Shown here in pieces: positions 23,693-33,945 of a stretch of DNA of 64,000 nt. The DNA lies in the NCBI GenBank assembly GCA_963712615.1, contig CAVQIO010000005.1, positions 924 through 64,923 on the forward strand, read 5' to 3'. A model generated the notes under the pieces. That model was not told the DNA's origin, ran no database searches, and saw only the letters and a list, made by a program, of their open reading frames with translations. Source of the stretch: an uncultured Actinomycetota bacterium. Its GTDB lineage: Bacteria; Actinomycetota; Actinomycetes; Mycobacteriales; Mycobacteriaceae. Numbering within the stretch: position 1 is the first letter of the stretch; each line of letters starts with the position of its first letter. The translations under genes and the position numbers were made by a program.

Positions 23693-25222
23693 TCAAGGCA
23701 ACAGAGCCAGGAACTCCGCCACCTCGGCCACTACCCGCTCGCGATCGCGGGGCACCAGGCCGATGCGGGTCCGGCGATCGAGGATGTCGTCGACGTTGAG
23801 CGCGCACTCATGGGTGACGGCGTATTCGAACTCCGCGCGGGTCACGTCGACGCCCTCGGCGACCGGCTCGGCCGGGCGCCCGCAGGTGGCAACCGCGATC
23901 ACATTGGGCGCCTCGGCGCCATAGCGGGCCACCAGTGACGCGGGCAGCCCGGCCGTCGAACCTGCGACCGGCCCGGGGTTGGCCGGTGACCCGATCAGCG
24001 GCAGATTGCGGGTCCGGCAGCGCGCAGCCTGCAGCCCACGCAGGCCGACGGCTTGGTCCAGCACATCCTCTGCCATGAAGCGGTATTCGGTCAGCTTGCC
24101 GCCGATCACGCTGATGACTCCGGACGGCGATTCGATGACGGCGTGCTCGCGCGACACGTCGGCCGTGCGACCCTCGCCGGTGTCGATCAGCGGCCGCAGC
24201 CCCGCGTAGGCGCCGACGACATCGGTGGGCAACAGCGCGGTTCCCAGCGCCGTGTTCACGGTGTCCAACAGGAAGGTGATTTCCTGGTCGGACGGTTCCG
24301 GCACATCGGGAATCGCACCGGGGGCCGCCTCATCGGTGAGACCGAGATAGACGCGGCCCAGTTGTTCGGGCATGGCGAACACGAAACGGTTGAGCTCGCC
24401 GGGAATCGGAATCGTCAGTGCCGCAGTCGGATTGCCGAGTGCGCTGGCATCGAAGACGAGGTGGGTTCCGCGGCTGGGCCGCAACCGCAACGAGCCGTCG
24501 ATCTCACCCGCCCACACCCCGGCGGCGTTGATCACCGCGCCGGCCGTGACGTCGAACGACTGCCCCGTGCGCTGATCGGTCAGCCGCACCGAAGTGCCGG
24601 TGGCCTCGGATGCCGCGACGTAGGTGAGGATTCGGGCGCCGTGCTGAGCGGCGGTGCGCGCGACCGCGGTGACCAGCCGGGCGTCGTCGATCAATTGCCC
24701 GTCGTAGGCCAGCAGACCGCCGTCGAGGCCGTCGCGGCGCACCGTGGGCGCCATCTCCACCACCCGCTGTGCGGGCACCCAGCGGGATCGGGGCAGGGTC
24801 GACGACGATGTTCCCGCAAGCATCCGCAACGCGTCGCCTGCGACAAACCCCGCGCGCACCATCGCACGCTTGGGGTGGCTCATCGACGGCAGTAACGGGA
24901 CCAGTTGCGGCATCGCGTGCACGAGATGAGGGGCGTTGTGCGTCATCAGGATTCCGCGCTCGATGGCGCTGCGCCGGGCGATTCCCACGTTGCCGGTCGC
25001 CAGGTAGCGCAGACCGCCGTGCACCAGTTTGGAACTCCAGCGGCTGGTGCCGAACGCCAGATCGTGCTTTTCCACCAGCGCCACCCGCAGGCCGCGCGAG
25101 GCGGCGTCCAGGGCGATCCCGACCCCGGTGATGCCGCCTCCGATCACGAGCACGTCCAGCGGCTCGCCGTCGGCGAGGGCGTTCAGATCGGCGGTGCGGC
25201 GCGCGGCGTTCAAGGCGGTCAT
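23693..25222 (-). CDS. glpD: FAD-dependent glycerol-3-phosphate dehydrogenase
   Basis: Start MTALNAARR at 25222; DVLVIGGGITGVGIALDAASRG...SSKLVHGGLRYL. Position equals Mtb glpD1 (Rv2249c). Confidence 0.9.
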   Translation of the reverse strand: MTALNAARRTADLNALADGEPLDVLVIGGGITGVGIALDAASRGLRVALVEKHDLAFGTSRWSSKLVHGGLRYLATGNVGIARRSAIERGILMTHNAPHLVHAMPQLVPLLPSMSHPKRAMVRAGFVAGDALRMLAGTSSSTLPRSRWVPAQRVVEMAPTVRRDGLDGGLLAYDGQLIDDARLVTAVARTAAQHGARILTYVAASEATGTSVRLTDQRTGQSFDVTAGAVINAAGVWAGEIDGSLRLRPSRGTHLVFDASALGNPTAALTIPIPGELNRFVFAMPEQLGRVYLGLTDEAAPGAIPDVPEPSDQEITFLLDTVNTALGTALLPTDVVGAYAGLRPLIDTGEGRTADVSREHAVIESPSGVISVIGGKLTEYRFMAEDVLDQAVGLRGLQAARCRTRNLPLIGSPANPGPVAGSTAGLPASLVARYGAEAPNVIAVATCGRPAEPVAEGVDVTRAEFEYAVTHECALNVDDILDRRTRIGLVPRDRERVVAEVAEFLALLP

Positions 25223-25791
25223 CAGGACAGGTATCCGTTCAGTGAGTAAGCGAGTTCGGCGGCCAGCGCGTCGGCATCGAGGATCGGGCGCACGATCTGC
25301 TCGGACTGAATGGTCGACTGGGCGATCAGCAACACCATGGTGGCCAGCTGCCATGGGTCACCCGCCCGCACGCTGCCGTGGCGCTGAGCCGCCCGCAACC
25401 GGTCGGCAAGGGCCTCGATCAACATCTGCTGGCTGGAACCGAGGCGTTCGGTGATGTAGATCGGCGCGAGGTGCGAGTGCATCACCGACATGATCAGCTC
25501 GTCGTGCCGCAGCAGGTTGGCCACCGCAACAATCTGGCGCACCAGCGATTCGCGGTCGTCCCCCAGCAGCGGCGCATCGCGCATCACCTCGGTGATGCGC
25601 TGGGTCAGCAGCGACGCCACGATCGACGGCGTATCCGGCCAGCGCCGGTACACGGTCGGCCGGCTCACACCAGCGCGCCGGGCGATCTCCGCGAGGGTCA
25701 CCCGGTCTACGCCGAAGTCGACGACGCAGCTGGCCGCCGCCGCCAGGATCCGGTCACCCACGTCTAATCCTGCGTTACTGATTGACAGCAT
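25222..25791 (-). CDS. TetR-family regulator (Rv2250c-like)
   Basis: 189 aa from MLSISNAGLD...; HTH TLAEIARRAGVSRPTVYRRWPD. Its stop overlaps the glpD start by 1 nt. Confidence 0.85.
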   Translation of the reverse strand: MLSISNAGLDVGDRILAAAASCVVDFGVDRVTLAEIARRAGVSRPTVYRRWPDTPSIVASLLTQRITEVMRDAPLLGDDRESLVRQIVAVANLLRHDELIMSVMHSHLAPIYITERLGSSQQMLIEALADRLRAAQRHGSVRAGDPWQLATMVLLIAQSTIQSEQIVRPILDADALAAELAYSLNGYLS

Positions 25792-25808
25792 ATGTAATAC
25801 TGTAACGC

Positions 25809-27419
25809 ATGACGCAATCCGAGGCACTTCTTCCGCCGATGAAATGGAACGCGTGGGGAGATCCTGCCAGCGCCAAACCACTCTCCGACGGCATCCGATC
25901 ATTGCTGAAACAGGCTGTCGGACTGGAAGATTCGCAGCACGACGAACTCGCCGCGGACCAGGTACAGCTGCGCCCGTCGGCGCTGTCGAAGGCGGATCGG
26001 GACGCGCTCGCCGGGATCGTGGGCGCCGAGTATTGCCGCACCGACGATCGCGATCGGCTGCTGCACGCGGGCGGCAAGTCCACCCTTGACCTGCTCCGCC
26101 GCAAAGACACCGGCGTACAGGATGCGCCCGACGCCATCCTGCTGCCCGGCGAAGAGGAGGCCGTCGCCGCGATCCTGCAGTACTGCTCCGAGCACCGCAT
26201 CGCCGTGATCCCGTTCGGCGGTGGCACCAATGTCGTCGGCGGTCTCAATCCCACCCGCGGCGACTTTGGCGCTGTCGTCTCCGTTGACCTGCGTCGCTTC
26301 GACCAACTCATCTCGCTCGACGAAGTCTCCGGCCAGGCCGTCCTGGGCGCGGGCCTCACCGGTCCGGACGCAGAACGCCTGCTCGGCGAACGCGGCTTCT
26401 CGCTCGGGCACTTCCCGCAGAGCTTCGAATACGCCACCATCGGCGGTTTCGCCGCGACCCGTTCCTCCGGTCAGGATTCGGCCGGCTACGGCCGGTTCAA
26501 CGACATGGTGCGTGGGCTGCGGATGATTACCCCGGCGGGAACGCTGGACCTGGGCCGCGGACCGGAATCGGCCGCAGGCCCCGATCTGCGGCAGCTGGTG
26601 ATCGGGTCGGAGGGCACCTTCGGCGTCATCACGCAGGTGCGGCTGCGGGTACACCGGGCACCCGAAGCCGTCCGCTACGAAGCCTGGTCGTTTCCCGATT
26701 TCGCGACCGGCGCCGCGGCGCTGCGTGCTGCTACCCAGAATGCGACCGGCCCCACCGTCATTCGGCTCTCCGATGACGTTGAGACCGGGGTCAACCTGGC
26801 CACCACCGAGGCGATCGGCGAAAACCAGATCACCGGCGGCTGCCTGGGCATCACCGTCTTCGAGGGCAGCAAGGACCACGTCGAGAGCCGGTACGCCGAG
26901 ACCAGCGCCCTGCTGACGGCCCAGGGCGGCACGTCGTTGCGCGAAGGTCCCGCCCAGGCCTGGGAGCGCGGCCGGTTCGGCGCGCCGTATCTGCGCGACT
27001 CGCTGCTGGCCGCGGGTGCGCTCTGCGAGACGCTGGAGAGCGCCACCGACTGGTCCAACATCCCGACGCTCAAAGCCGCTGTCACCGAAGCACTCACCAC
27101 CGCGTTGGCAGAAACCGGGACACCGGCGCTGGTGATGTGCCACATTTCGCACGTGTACCCCACCGGCGCGTCGTTGTACTTCACCGTCGTCGCGGGGCAG
27201 CGCGGCAACCCGATCGAGCAATGGCAGACCGCCAAGAAGGCCGCATCCGACGCGATCATCGCCAGCGGCGGCACCATCACCCATCACCACGCGGTCGGCG
27301 CCGACCACCGGCCCTGGATGCGCGACGAAGTGGGCGATCTGGGCGTGCAGGTGTTGCGCGCGGTCAAGGCGACTCTGGATCCGGCGGGAATCCTCAACCC
27401 CGGCAAGCTGATTCCGTGA
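25809..27419 (+). CDS. FAD-linked oxidase (alkyl-DHAP-synthase-like, Rv2251-like)
   Basis: 536 aa with an FAD-binding PCMH-type domain (IPFGGGTNVVGG) and a C-terminal HHHAVGADH motif. Confidence 0.85.
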   Translation: MTQSEALLPPMKWNAWGDPASAKPLSDGIRSLLKQAVGLEDSQHDELAADQVQLRPSALSKADRDALAGIVGAEYCRTDDRDRLLHAGGKSTLDLLRRKDTGVQDAPDAILLPGEEEAVAAILQYCSEHRIAVIPFGGGTNVVGGLNPTRGDFGAVVSVDLRRFDQLISLDEVSGQAVLGAGLTGPDAERLLGERGFSLGHFPQSFEYATIGGFAATRSSGQDSAGYGRFNDMVRGLRMITPAGTLDLGRGPESAAGPDLRQLVIGSEGTFGVITQVRLRVHRAPEAVRYEAWSFPDFATGAAALRAATQNATGPTVIRLSDDVETGVNLATTEAIGENQITGGCLGITVFEGSKDHVESRYAETSALLTAQGGTSLREGPAQAWERGRFGAPYLRDSLLAAGALCETLESATDWSNIPTLKAAVTEALTTALAETGTPALVMCHISHVYPTGASLYFTVVAGQRGNPIEQWQTAKKAASDAIIASGGTITHHHAVGADHRPWMRDEVGDLGVQVLRAVKATLDPAGILNPGKLIP

Positions 27420-28348
27420 CACCCGCGGCAGGGCAACTGCGCCAGCGCGAGATCAGCAAGGTGACCGTGCTGACCAATCCCCTGTCGGGGCACGGCGCCG
27501 CCATCCATGCGGCGCAGGCCGCCATCGCCCGGCTACACGCTCGCGGCGTCGAGGTCGTCGAGATCATCGGCGACGACGCCGAAGACGCCCGTCATCTCGC
27601 GGCCGCCGCTCTCGACCGCGGCACCGACGCGCTGATCGCCACCGGCGGCGACGGCGTCATCTCCAATGCGCTGCAAGTCTTGGCGGGTACCGACGTTCCG
27701 CTGGGCATCATCCCGGCCGGCACCGGCAACGATCACGCACGCGAATTCGGCATTCCCACAAAGTATCCCGAGGCCGCCGCAGATATCGTCGCCGACGGTT
27801 GGACCCAAACGATCGATCTGGGTCGCATCCGCGATGCCAACGGTGTCCACAAGTGGTTCGGCACCGTGGCGGCCACCGGATTCGATTCCCTGGTGACCGA
27901 TCGCGCCAACCGGATGAGCTGGCCGCATGGGCGGCTGCGCTATTACGTCGCGATGCTCGCCGAGCTTTCGCAATTGCGGATGTTGCCGTTTCGCTTGGTG
28001 CTCGACGGCACCAAGGAGATCGACGCCGATATCACGCTGGCGGCCTTCGGAAATACCCGAAGCTATGGCGGCGGGCTGCTGGTCTGCCCCAACGCCGACT
28101 ACACCGACGGCCTGCTCGACATCACCATGGCGCACGGCGCATCCCGGACGAAACTGATCCGGCTGTTTCCGACCGTGCTGAAAGGCACGCACGTCGAGCG
28201 CGACGAAGTGAGCACGGCGCGCGCCACCACGATCCATGTCGAATGCCCCGGTATCAACGTCTACGCCGACGGCGACTTCGCGTGTCCGCTGCCCGCCGAA
28301 CTCTCCGCGGCACCCGGGGCATTGCAGATTCTGCGGGCGGGCCGGTGA
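27416..28348 (+). CDS. dagK: Diacylglycerol/lipid kinase (Rv2252-like)
   Basis: GTG at 27416 overlaps the upstream stop (GTGA). VTVLTNPLSGHG...TGGDGVISNALQ...GIIPAGTGNDHAREFG is collinear with Mtb DagK. Confidence 0.9.
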   Translation: MTPAAGQLRQREISKVTVLTNPLSGHGAAIHAAQAAIARLHARGVEVVEIIGDDAEDARHLAAAALDRGTDALIATGGDGVISNALQVLAGTDVPLGIIPAGTGNDHAREFGIPTKYPEAAADIVADGWTQTIDLGRIRDANGVHKWFGTVAATGFDSLVTDRANRMSWPHGRLRYYVAMLAELSQLRMLPFRLVLDGTKEIDADITLAAFGNTRSYGGGLLVCPNADYTDGLLDITMAHGASRTKLIRLFPTVLKGTHVERDEVSTARATTIHVECPGINVYADGDFACPLPAELSAAPGALQILRAGR

Positions 28349-28359
28349 CGAACTGGGCC

Positions 28360-29625
28360 TTAGATGGTCTGGTGGCGTCCAAAGAATTCGTGGTCTTCGT
28401 TGTAACCACCGTAACCGCTACCGAGCTCGGAGTAGTGCGCCACAAACTCAATTCCCTTGAGCCACTTCACATGCCGGAAGCCGTGCTGTAACTCGTTGCG
28501 CAGCCGCAGTGGCGCCCCGTGCCCGTAGCTCACCGGTTCACCGTTCATGTCGTAGGCCAGCATGGTCAGGTGGTTGTTCATCTGCTCGATCGGGTGCGCG
28601 ACGTAGTAGATCCCGCCGTCGGCGCCGGGGCCCAGGGAGTAGAACACCACCCATTTGGCATCGGGCAGCGGTTGGACGATGTCCATGATCGTTCGCATCG
28701 ACACGCCACCCCATTTGGCGACACCCGACCAGCCCTGGATACAGAAGTGCTGGGTGATCTGTTCGTGGTACGGCAGGTCATGCAACTCGCCCAGCGAGAA
28801 CTCGGTCGGGTGCTCGACGAGGCCGTAGATCCGTAGCCGCCAATCCACGAAGTTGTTCTTCTCCAACTCTTCGTACTCAACGGTTTCCGGGTAGGTGCCG
28901 TTGTGCCAGAAGTAGGGCGAGATGTCTTTCTCGGTGAACGCGCCGGGCTTCGGGTTGGTGTACTCGAACAGCCGCTGCAGCGGCCCGACGAGTGCGTAGC
29001 CGACGCGCTGCACCAGCCGCGGGTGACGAAAGGTGAGCGGGGTGGCGGCCACCCAGCCGACAGCCACCACCACCATGGCCGCCGCGAAGATCCAGAACCC
29101 GACCCAGCTGTTGTCGTCGCGGGCGGCGAACATGTGGTTGAGGTTGCGCAACGCCTCGGTGGCGAAGACCAGCGTCACGTGGACAACGATGAAGAACAGG
29201 AAATAGATCAGCACCAGGAAATGCAGCGAGCGCGCGGCCTGGATGCTCAGCCGCTTGCTGATCACGGTGAGGCGCATCGACAGCGCCGGCGACATCCCCA
29301 GCCCGGTGATGACCGCGAGCGGGGCGGCAATGAAGACGGTGGCGAAGTACGCCAGCAACTGCATCCCGTTATAGGCCACCCACGTGCTATCGGTCGGCCA
29401 GTCCAGCGAAAGGTACTGAATGCCTATCGATACCGCGTTGGGAAACACGTCCCAGCTGGTCGGTACGATGTGGCGCCACTGCCCGGTAGCAAATAACAGG
29501 ACGTAGAAGACCGCGCCGTTGAGCAGCCACAAGACGTCGACGCCGAGGTGCCACCACCGAGCCAGTCCAATGGAATGGCGCAGCCCCGGCAATCCCAACT
29601 GAGCGGGTAGCCCCACCGAATCGTC
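28360..29625 (-). pseudogene. Molybdopterin-dependent oxidoreductase (cytochrome-b-like TM + sulfite-oxidase-family Moco domain), C-terminal part, split by an IS
   Basis: The frame continues upstream of the ORF-track start as ...DDS-VGLPAQLGLPGLRHS. The Moco domain shows HFCIQGWSGVAKWGGV...GAPLRLR. Confidence 0.85.
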
Positions 29626-31099
29626 GAGATATTGTCAAGACCTGTGGATGAGGTTGTTTCAGGCGACCTCCGTTTCGGTTGATTCGCTGGTTTCGGCGGG
29701 TGTGATATCGACGGGGCGTTCGAGCAGTTTGCCTTTGTGGAACACCGCGCCGGCACGGACCAGGGCGACCAAGTGCGGGGCGTTGACGGCCCGCCACCGG
29801 GCCTGCGCGGCGTCGATCAGCTTGTAGGCCATCGCAATTCCCGCGGCGCGGGAGCCGGGCCCCTTGGTGACCTTGGTTCGCAACCGCACGGTCGCAAAGG
29901 TCGACTCGATGGGGTTGGTGGTGCGCAGGTGGATCCAGTGCTCGGCCGGGTACTTGTAGAACTCCAGCAGCACGTCGGCGTCGTCGACGATCTTGGCGAC
30001 CGCCTTGGGATACTTGGCACCGTAATCGACCTCGAAGGCCTTGATCGCGATCTGCGCCTTGTCGATGTCCTCGGCGTTGTAGATCTCCTTGATCGCCGCC
30101 AACGCAGCTGGGTGCGCTGACTTCGGCAGTGCAGCAAGCACATTGGACTGCTTGTGAAACCAACACCGCTGCTCACGCGTGTTCGGGAAGACCTCGCGGA
30201 CCGCCTTCCAGAACCCCAACGCACCGTCACCGACAGCCAGCACCGGGGCTGCCATCCCGCGCCGGCGGCAGCTCCGTAGCAGATCGGCCCACGATTCGGT
30301 CGATTCCCGGTAGCCGTCGGCCAAGGCGACGAGCTCCTTGCAACCATCGGCGCGCACCCCGATCATCACCAACAAACAGAGCTTCTCCTGCTCGAGACGG
30401 ACCTTGAGGTGAATGCCGTCGACCCACAGGTAGACGTAGTCCGTGTCCGAGAGGTCACGGACTTGGAAGGCCTTGGCTTCGTCTTGCCACTGGCTGGTGA
30501 GCCGGGTGATCGTCGTGGCCGAGAGACCCGCACCCGAGCCCAGGAACTGCTCCAACGCCGGACCGAAGTCACTCGTCGACAGGCCATGCAGATACAGCAG
30601 CGGCAGAACCTCGCTCATCTGCGGTGACTTGCGCGCCCACGCTGGCAGGATCGCGGAGGAAAACCTTTGCCGCTCTGCGGTATCGGCATCGACGCGCTTG
30701 TCGTTGACGCGCGGCGCGGTCACCGTGACCGCGCCCGACGCGGTCAACACCTCACGCTCCCGGTGGTAGCCGTTGCGGACCACCAGGCGCCGTCCGTTGT
30801 CGTCGACCTCTCCGGCATGGGCGTCGATGTAGGCGGCCACTTCGGCCTGCAACGCCGCCGCAAGCATCTGTCGGGCGCCGTCGCGGACGATCTCATCGAG
30901 CAACGACCGACCGACACCGTCGTTCTTCTCGTTGGAGCATTCCGCGTCGTGAACTACCGTGAGCATGGGCGTACCTTCCCAACCAGCGCGCCAACGCCGG
31001 TCTTGATCAGAGAACCTTGGACTTCAGATCATCCTCGGGAAGGTGCGCCCACTTTCACACCACCTCGCCAAGGCTCATCCACAGGTTCTGATCATTGCT
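29626..31099 (-). mobile_element. IS256-family insertion sequence (IS1245/IS1311-like by recollection), apparently intact
   Basis: Imperfect ~26-bp terminal inverted repeats (..tcaagacctgtggatgag / ctcatccacaggttctga..), flanked by the direct repeat ccgaatcgtc at 29616-29625 and 31100-31109. Confidence 0.85.
29659..30966 (-). CDS. IS256-family transposase
   Basis: 435 aa uninterrupted ORF: LLDEIVRDGARQMLAAALQAEVAAYI...YLWVDGIHLKVR...GDGALGFWKA...RCWFHK...NPIESTFATVRLR. Confidence 0.9.
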   Translation of the reverse strand: MLTVVHDAECSNEKNDGVGRSLLDEIVRDGARQMLAAALQAEVAAYIDAHAGEVDDNGRRLVVRNGYHREREVLTASGAVTVTAPRVNDKRVDADTAERQRFSSAILPAWARKSPQMSEVLPLLYLHGLSTSDFGPALEQFLGSGAGLSATTITRLTSQWQDEAKAFQVRDLSDTDYVYLWVDGIHLKVRLEQEKLCLLVMIGVRADGCKELVALADGYRESTESWADLLRSCRRRGMAAPVLAVGDGALGFWKAVREVFPNTREQRCWFHKQSNVLAALPKSAHPAALAAIKEIYNAEDIDKAQIAIKAFEVDYGAKYPKAVAKIVDDADVLLEFYKYPAEHWIHLRTTNPIESTFATVRLRTKVTKGPGSRAAGIAMAYKLIDAAQARWRAVNAPHLVALVRAGAVFHKGKLLERPVDITPAETSESTETEVA

Positions 31100-31607
31100 C
31101 CGAATCGTCCTTGGCCGTCCACAGCGGGTCGTCCGGGACGGGCTTGGCCACCCTGAGCCACTCGTCCTTGCCGGGCGTCGCGTTGCGACTGAAGTAGAGC
31201 CGCGGATGATCGCAGAGGATCTGTATCCCGGACCGGATGATGAACGTCATCAAAAACAGGTTGAAAAAGTGGGCCCACCCGATCCAGGCGGGGATGCCCG
31301 GGCTGGCCCCGGCGGGCACCACGGTACCCGGATGACGCTGAATGAATGCCTGCACCGACGGCATATTGTGCAGGCCTTTGCCCACGGCCACCGCCGCTAC
31401 AAGTACGGCGAATCCAATGGGAATCAGCCACAGCAGGTTGAACCACTTGTCCCGGCCTACCCGCAGTCGGGGCGCAATAGCCCGCTTGTCCTCTAGCCCG
31501 CCGGCCCACGTCTCGGGGTCGACGATGTCTTCAGCAAGGCACAGCTCGGTGCGATACTCCGGGCCACTACTTTGGGCCTGCCGGGCGTCGAGTTGATGGT
31601 CGGCCAT
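31100..31607 (-). pseudogene. Molybdopterin-dependent oxidoreductase, N-terminal part (upstream of the IS insertion)
   Basis: MADHQLD...FNLFLMTFIIRSGIQIL...DPLWTAKDDS. The reading frame rejoins the 28360-29625 fragment once the IS and one repeat copy are removed. Confidence 0.85.
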
Positions 31608-31646
31608 GCCGTCTCGGACCTACTTAATTTTTACAAACCTGCTTGT

Positions 31647-32135
31647 CTAAACTCTAGCGCATAACGTACCTGATCGGGAAGGGTCACGACGGGTGACTCG
31701 GCCCACCGCGTCTACAGACCGAGCACTTCCGCTTCGGCAGCGACCGCCCGCCAGTAGGTCGCCGGGTCTAGTTACGAGGCGTCGCTGCTTGTGGTCGAGT
31801 AATCCACCCACGTTGGTGATCTCAGCAACGAGGGCCCCGTCGGCGTGGCGCAGTTCCTGCTCGACGCGGAAAGTCTTCCCATCACCCCACATGTAGGTGC
31901 AGGAGACATCGATCTCTTCGCCGGCACGCACCTCACGGTGGAAGCGAATACGCTCCTCCAGGCTTACCGGGCTAACTCCCGACGCCAACAGGTCCGATGG
32001 GTCGACGCCGGCGGCGCGGACGCACTCGAATCGGGCGTGCTGACCGTACTGCAGAAGCACCGTACCCGCGGCGTGGCCGTTGAAGTCCACCTCGAAACCG
32101 CGCACCGCGACCCGGACGCTGAAGACCTCAGACAT
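31647..32135 (-). CDS. Hotdog-fold acyl-CoA thioesterase (4HBT/YbgC-like); C-terminal tail atypical
   Basis: VAVRGFEVDFNGHAAGTVLLQYGQHARFE...RIRFHREVRAGEEIDV is a typical 4HBT core. The last ~45 aa are Arg/Ser-rich and may be out of frame. Confidence 0.65.
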   Translation of the reverse strand: MSEVFSVRVAVRGFEVDFNGHAAGTVLLQYGQHARFECVRAAGVDPSDLLASGVSPVSLEERIRFHREVRAGEEIDVSCTYMWGDGKTFRVEQELRHADGALVAEITNVGGLLDHKQRRLVTRPGDLLAGGRCRSGSARSVDAVGRVTRRDPSRSGTLCARV

Positions 32136-32193
32136 CGCGTTCCTCCTGCTTGGCTACCCACTGGCGCGACCGTTCAGTGACGTAGCGGCGGCC

Positions 32194-32259
32194 GTGGTCA
32201 AGTCCAGGGACGTGGTGTACGAGCTAGTGGTCAAGTCCAGGGACGTGGTGTACGAGCTA
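32194..32259. repeat. Perfect 33-bp tandem duplication spanning the flank/IS-end junction
   Basis: gtggtcaagtccagggacgtggtgtacgagcta occurs twice in tandem (32194-32226, 32227-32259). Each unit contains the IS terminal motif gtggtgtacgag. Confidence 0.95.
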
Positions 32260-33637
32260 GTCGTGTGATTCTCCGAGGTTTGGTTCAGGCGGTCAGTGCC
32301 GCGGGGGTGTCCTCCTGTTCAGTCGGTGAGTTCTGATCTGCTCGGGATTTGCTGAGGACGTCGAGGCCGAGGTAGCGCCGGGATTCGGCCCATTCGTCGT
32401 GTTGTTCGGCCAGCACGGCACCGACGAGGCGGATCAGCGCGTTGCGGTCGGGGAAGATGCCGACGACGTCGGTGCGGCGGCGGATCTCCTTGTTGAGGCG
32501 TTCCTGGGGGTTGTTCGACCAGATCTGGCGCCAGATCTGCTTGGGGAAGTTGGTGAACGCCAGCAGATCCGGTCGGGCCGCCTCTCGGTGATCGGCGACC
32601 TTGGGGAGCTGGTCCGATAGTGCGTCGGTGATCCGATCATACTGAGCAGCAACCGATTCCGCATCGGGTTGGTCGAACACCGAATGCAACAGGGTACACA
32701 CCCACGGCCACGAACTCTTGGGAGTCTTCGCCATCAGGTTGGTCGTGTAGTGGGTTCTGCACCGCTGCCAGGTAGCTCCGGGCAGAGTCGCGCCTAGCGC
32801 AGCCACCAGCCCGGCGTGCGCGTCGGAGGTGACCAGCCGTACCCCGGACAGGCCCCGGGCCGTCAGCGACCGCCAGAGCGCCAACCACCCGGCGCCGTCC
32901 TCAGCGGTGCTGACGTCGATGCCCAGGATTTCGCGGTATCCCTCGGCGTTGACCCCGACCGCGATCAGGGCGTGCACGTTGACCACCCGCCCGGCTTCGC
33001 GGACCTTGAGCACCAGGGCGTCGGCGGCGACGAACGTGTACGGGCCGGCGTCCAGCGGCCGGCTCCGGAACGCCTCGACCGCGACGTCGAGCTCCTTGGC
33101 CATCACGCTGACTTCAGACTTCGACAAGCTGGTGATGCCCAACGTCTCGACGAGCTTGTCCATCCGCCGGGTAGACACCCCGAGTAGGTAGCAGGTAGCG
33201 ACCACGGTGGTCAGGGCCCGCTCGGCCCGTTTGCGGCGTTCCAGCAGCCAGTCCGGGAAGTAGCAACCCTGCCGTAGCTTGGGAATCGCCAGATCCAATG
33301 ATCCTGTGCGGGTACGAATTGGCGATGACGGTAGCCGTTTCGCTGATTGATGCGCTCGCTACTGCGTTCACCGTATCCGGCGCCGCACAGGGCGTCGGCC
33401 TCCGCACCCATCAGGGTGTGGATGAACGTCGACAACAGTTCGCGCAGCACGTCGGGGTGGGTGGTGGTGAGTCGTTCGGCCAGCACGGCAGGCAGGTCGA
33501 TATTGTGGGCAGTGGTCATCGCGTTGATTCCTTTGCTCGAGTGACTTTGGTCGGTCTGTCGAAGAATCACGCGATGACCTTCAATCATTCGGCTACGACA
33601 CGCCGGTACCGCTAATCAGGTCCGACTCGTACACCAC
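32245..33637 (-). mobile_element. IS256-family (IS1081-like) element, copy B, full length
   Basis: Terminal inverted repeats gtggtgtacgag (32245-32256) and ctcgtacaccac (33626-33637). The interior equals copy A plus the 3' part that copy A lacks. Confidence 0.85.
32285..33519 (-). pseudogene. IS256-family transposase with the same 1-nt deletion frameshift as copy A
   Basis: The N-terminal ORF (..NGYRHRQF) and main ORF (LDLAIPKLRQG...) are out of frame at ~33312-33318. The C-terminus LNKEIRRRTDVVGIFPDRNALIRLVGAVLAEQHDEW is intact. Confidence 0.85.
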
Positions 33638-33884
33638 CTAGATGGACGCAACCGCGGCCGTCGTCGCGACTCTCGATCCACTGCCCGCGTGCCCAACCGC
33701 CGGCCGCTTGTGGCGCCATCCCGTGTTTGCGGAACAACGCACTCGCCTCGGCGCGGCTCAGGCCGCGCTCACCCCACTCACGCAATATCGCCAATTCGCG
33801 GTGGCCCTCGGCATAAGCAATCGTTGGCGATTGCAAAGAAATGTGCCGGCGCCGACCCACCGTTTTTCTCTCGCACTCCCCCAT
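33612..33884 (-). CDS. Hypothetical small protein; 3' end runs into the IS copy B terminus
   Basis: 90-aa ORF divergent from the PucR-like gene. Its last ~8 codons are IS-derived. No family recognised. Confidence 0.3.
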   Translation of the reverse strand: MGECERKTVGRRRHISLQSPTIAYAEGHRELAILREWGERGLSRAEASALFRKHGMAPQAAGGWARGQWIESRDDGRGCVHLGGVRVGPD

Positions 33885-33945
33885 TCAATGGAACCCACTT
33901 GATTTCTGATTACGCTGGCGATCAGTTCGGGATTGGGAGCGGCTC

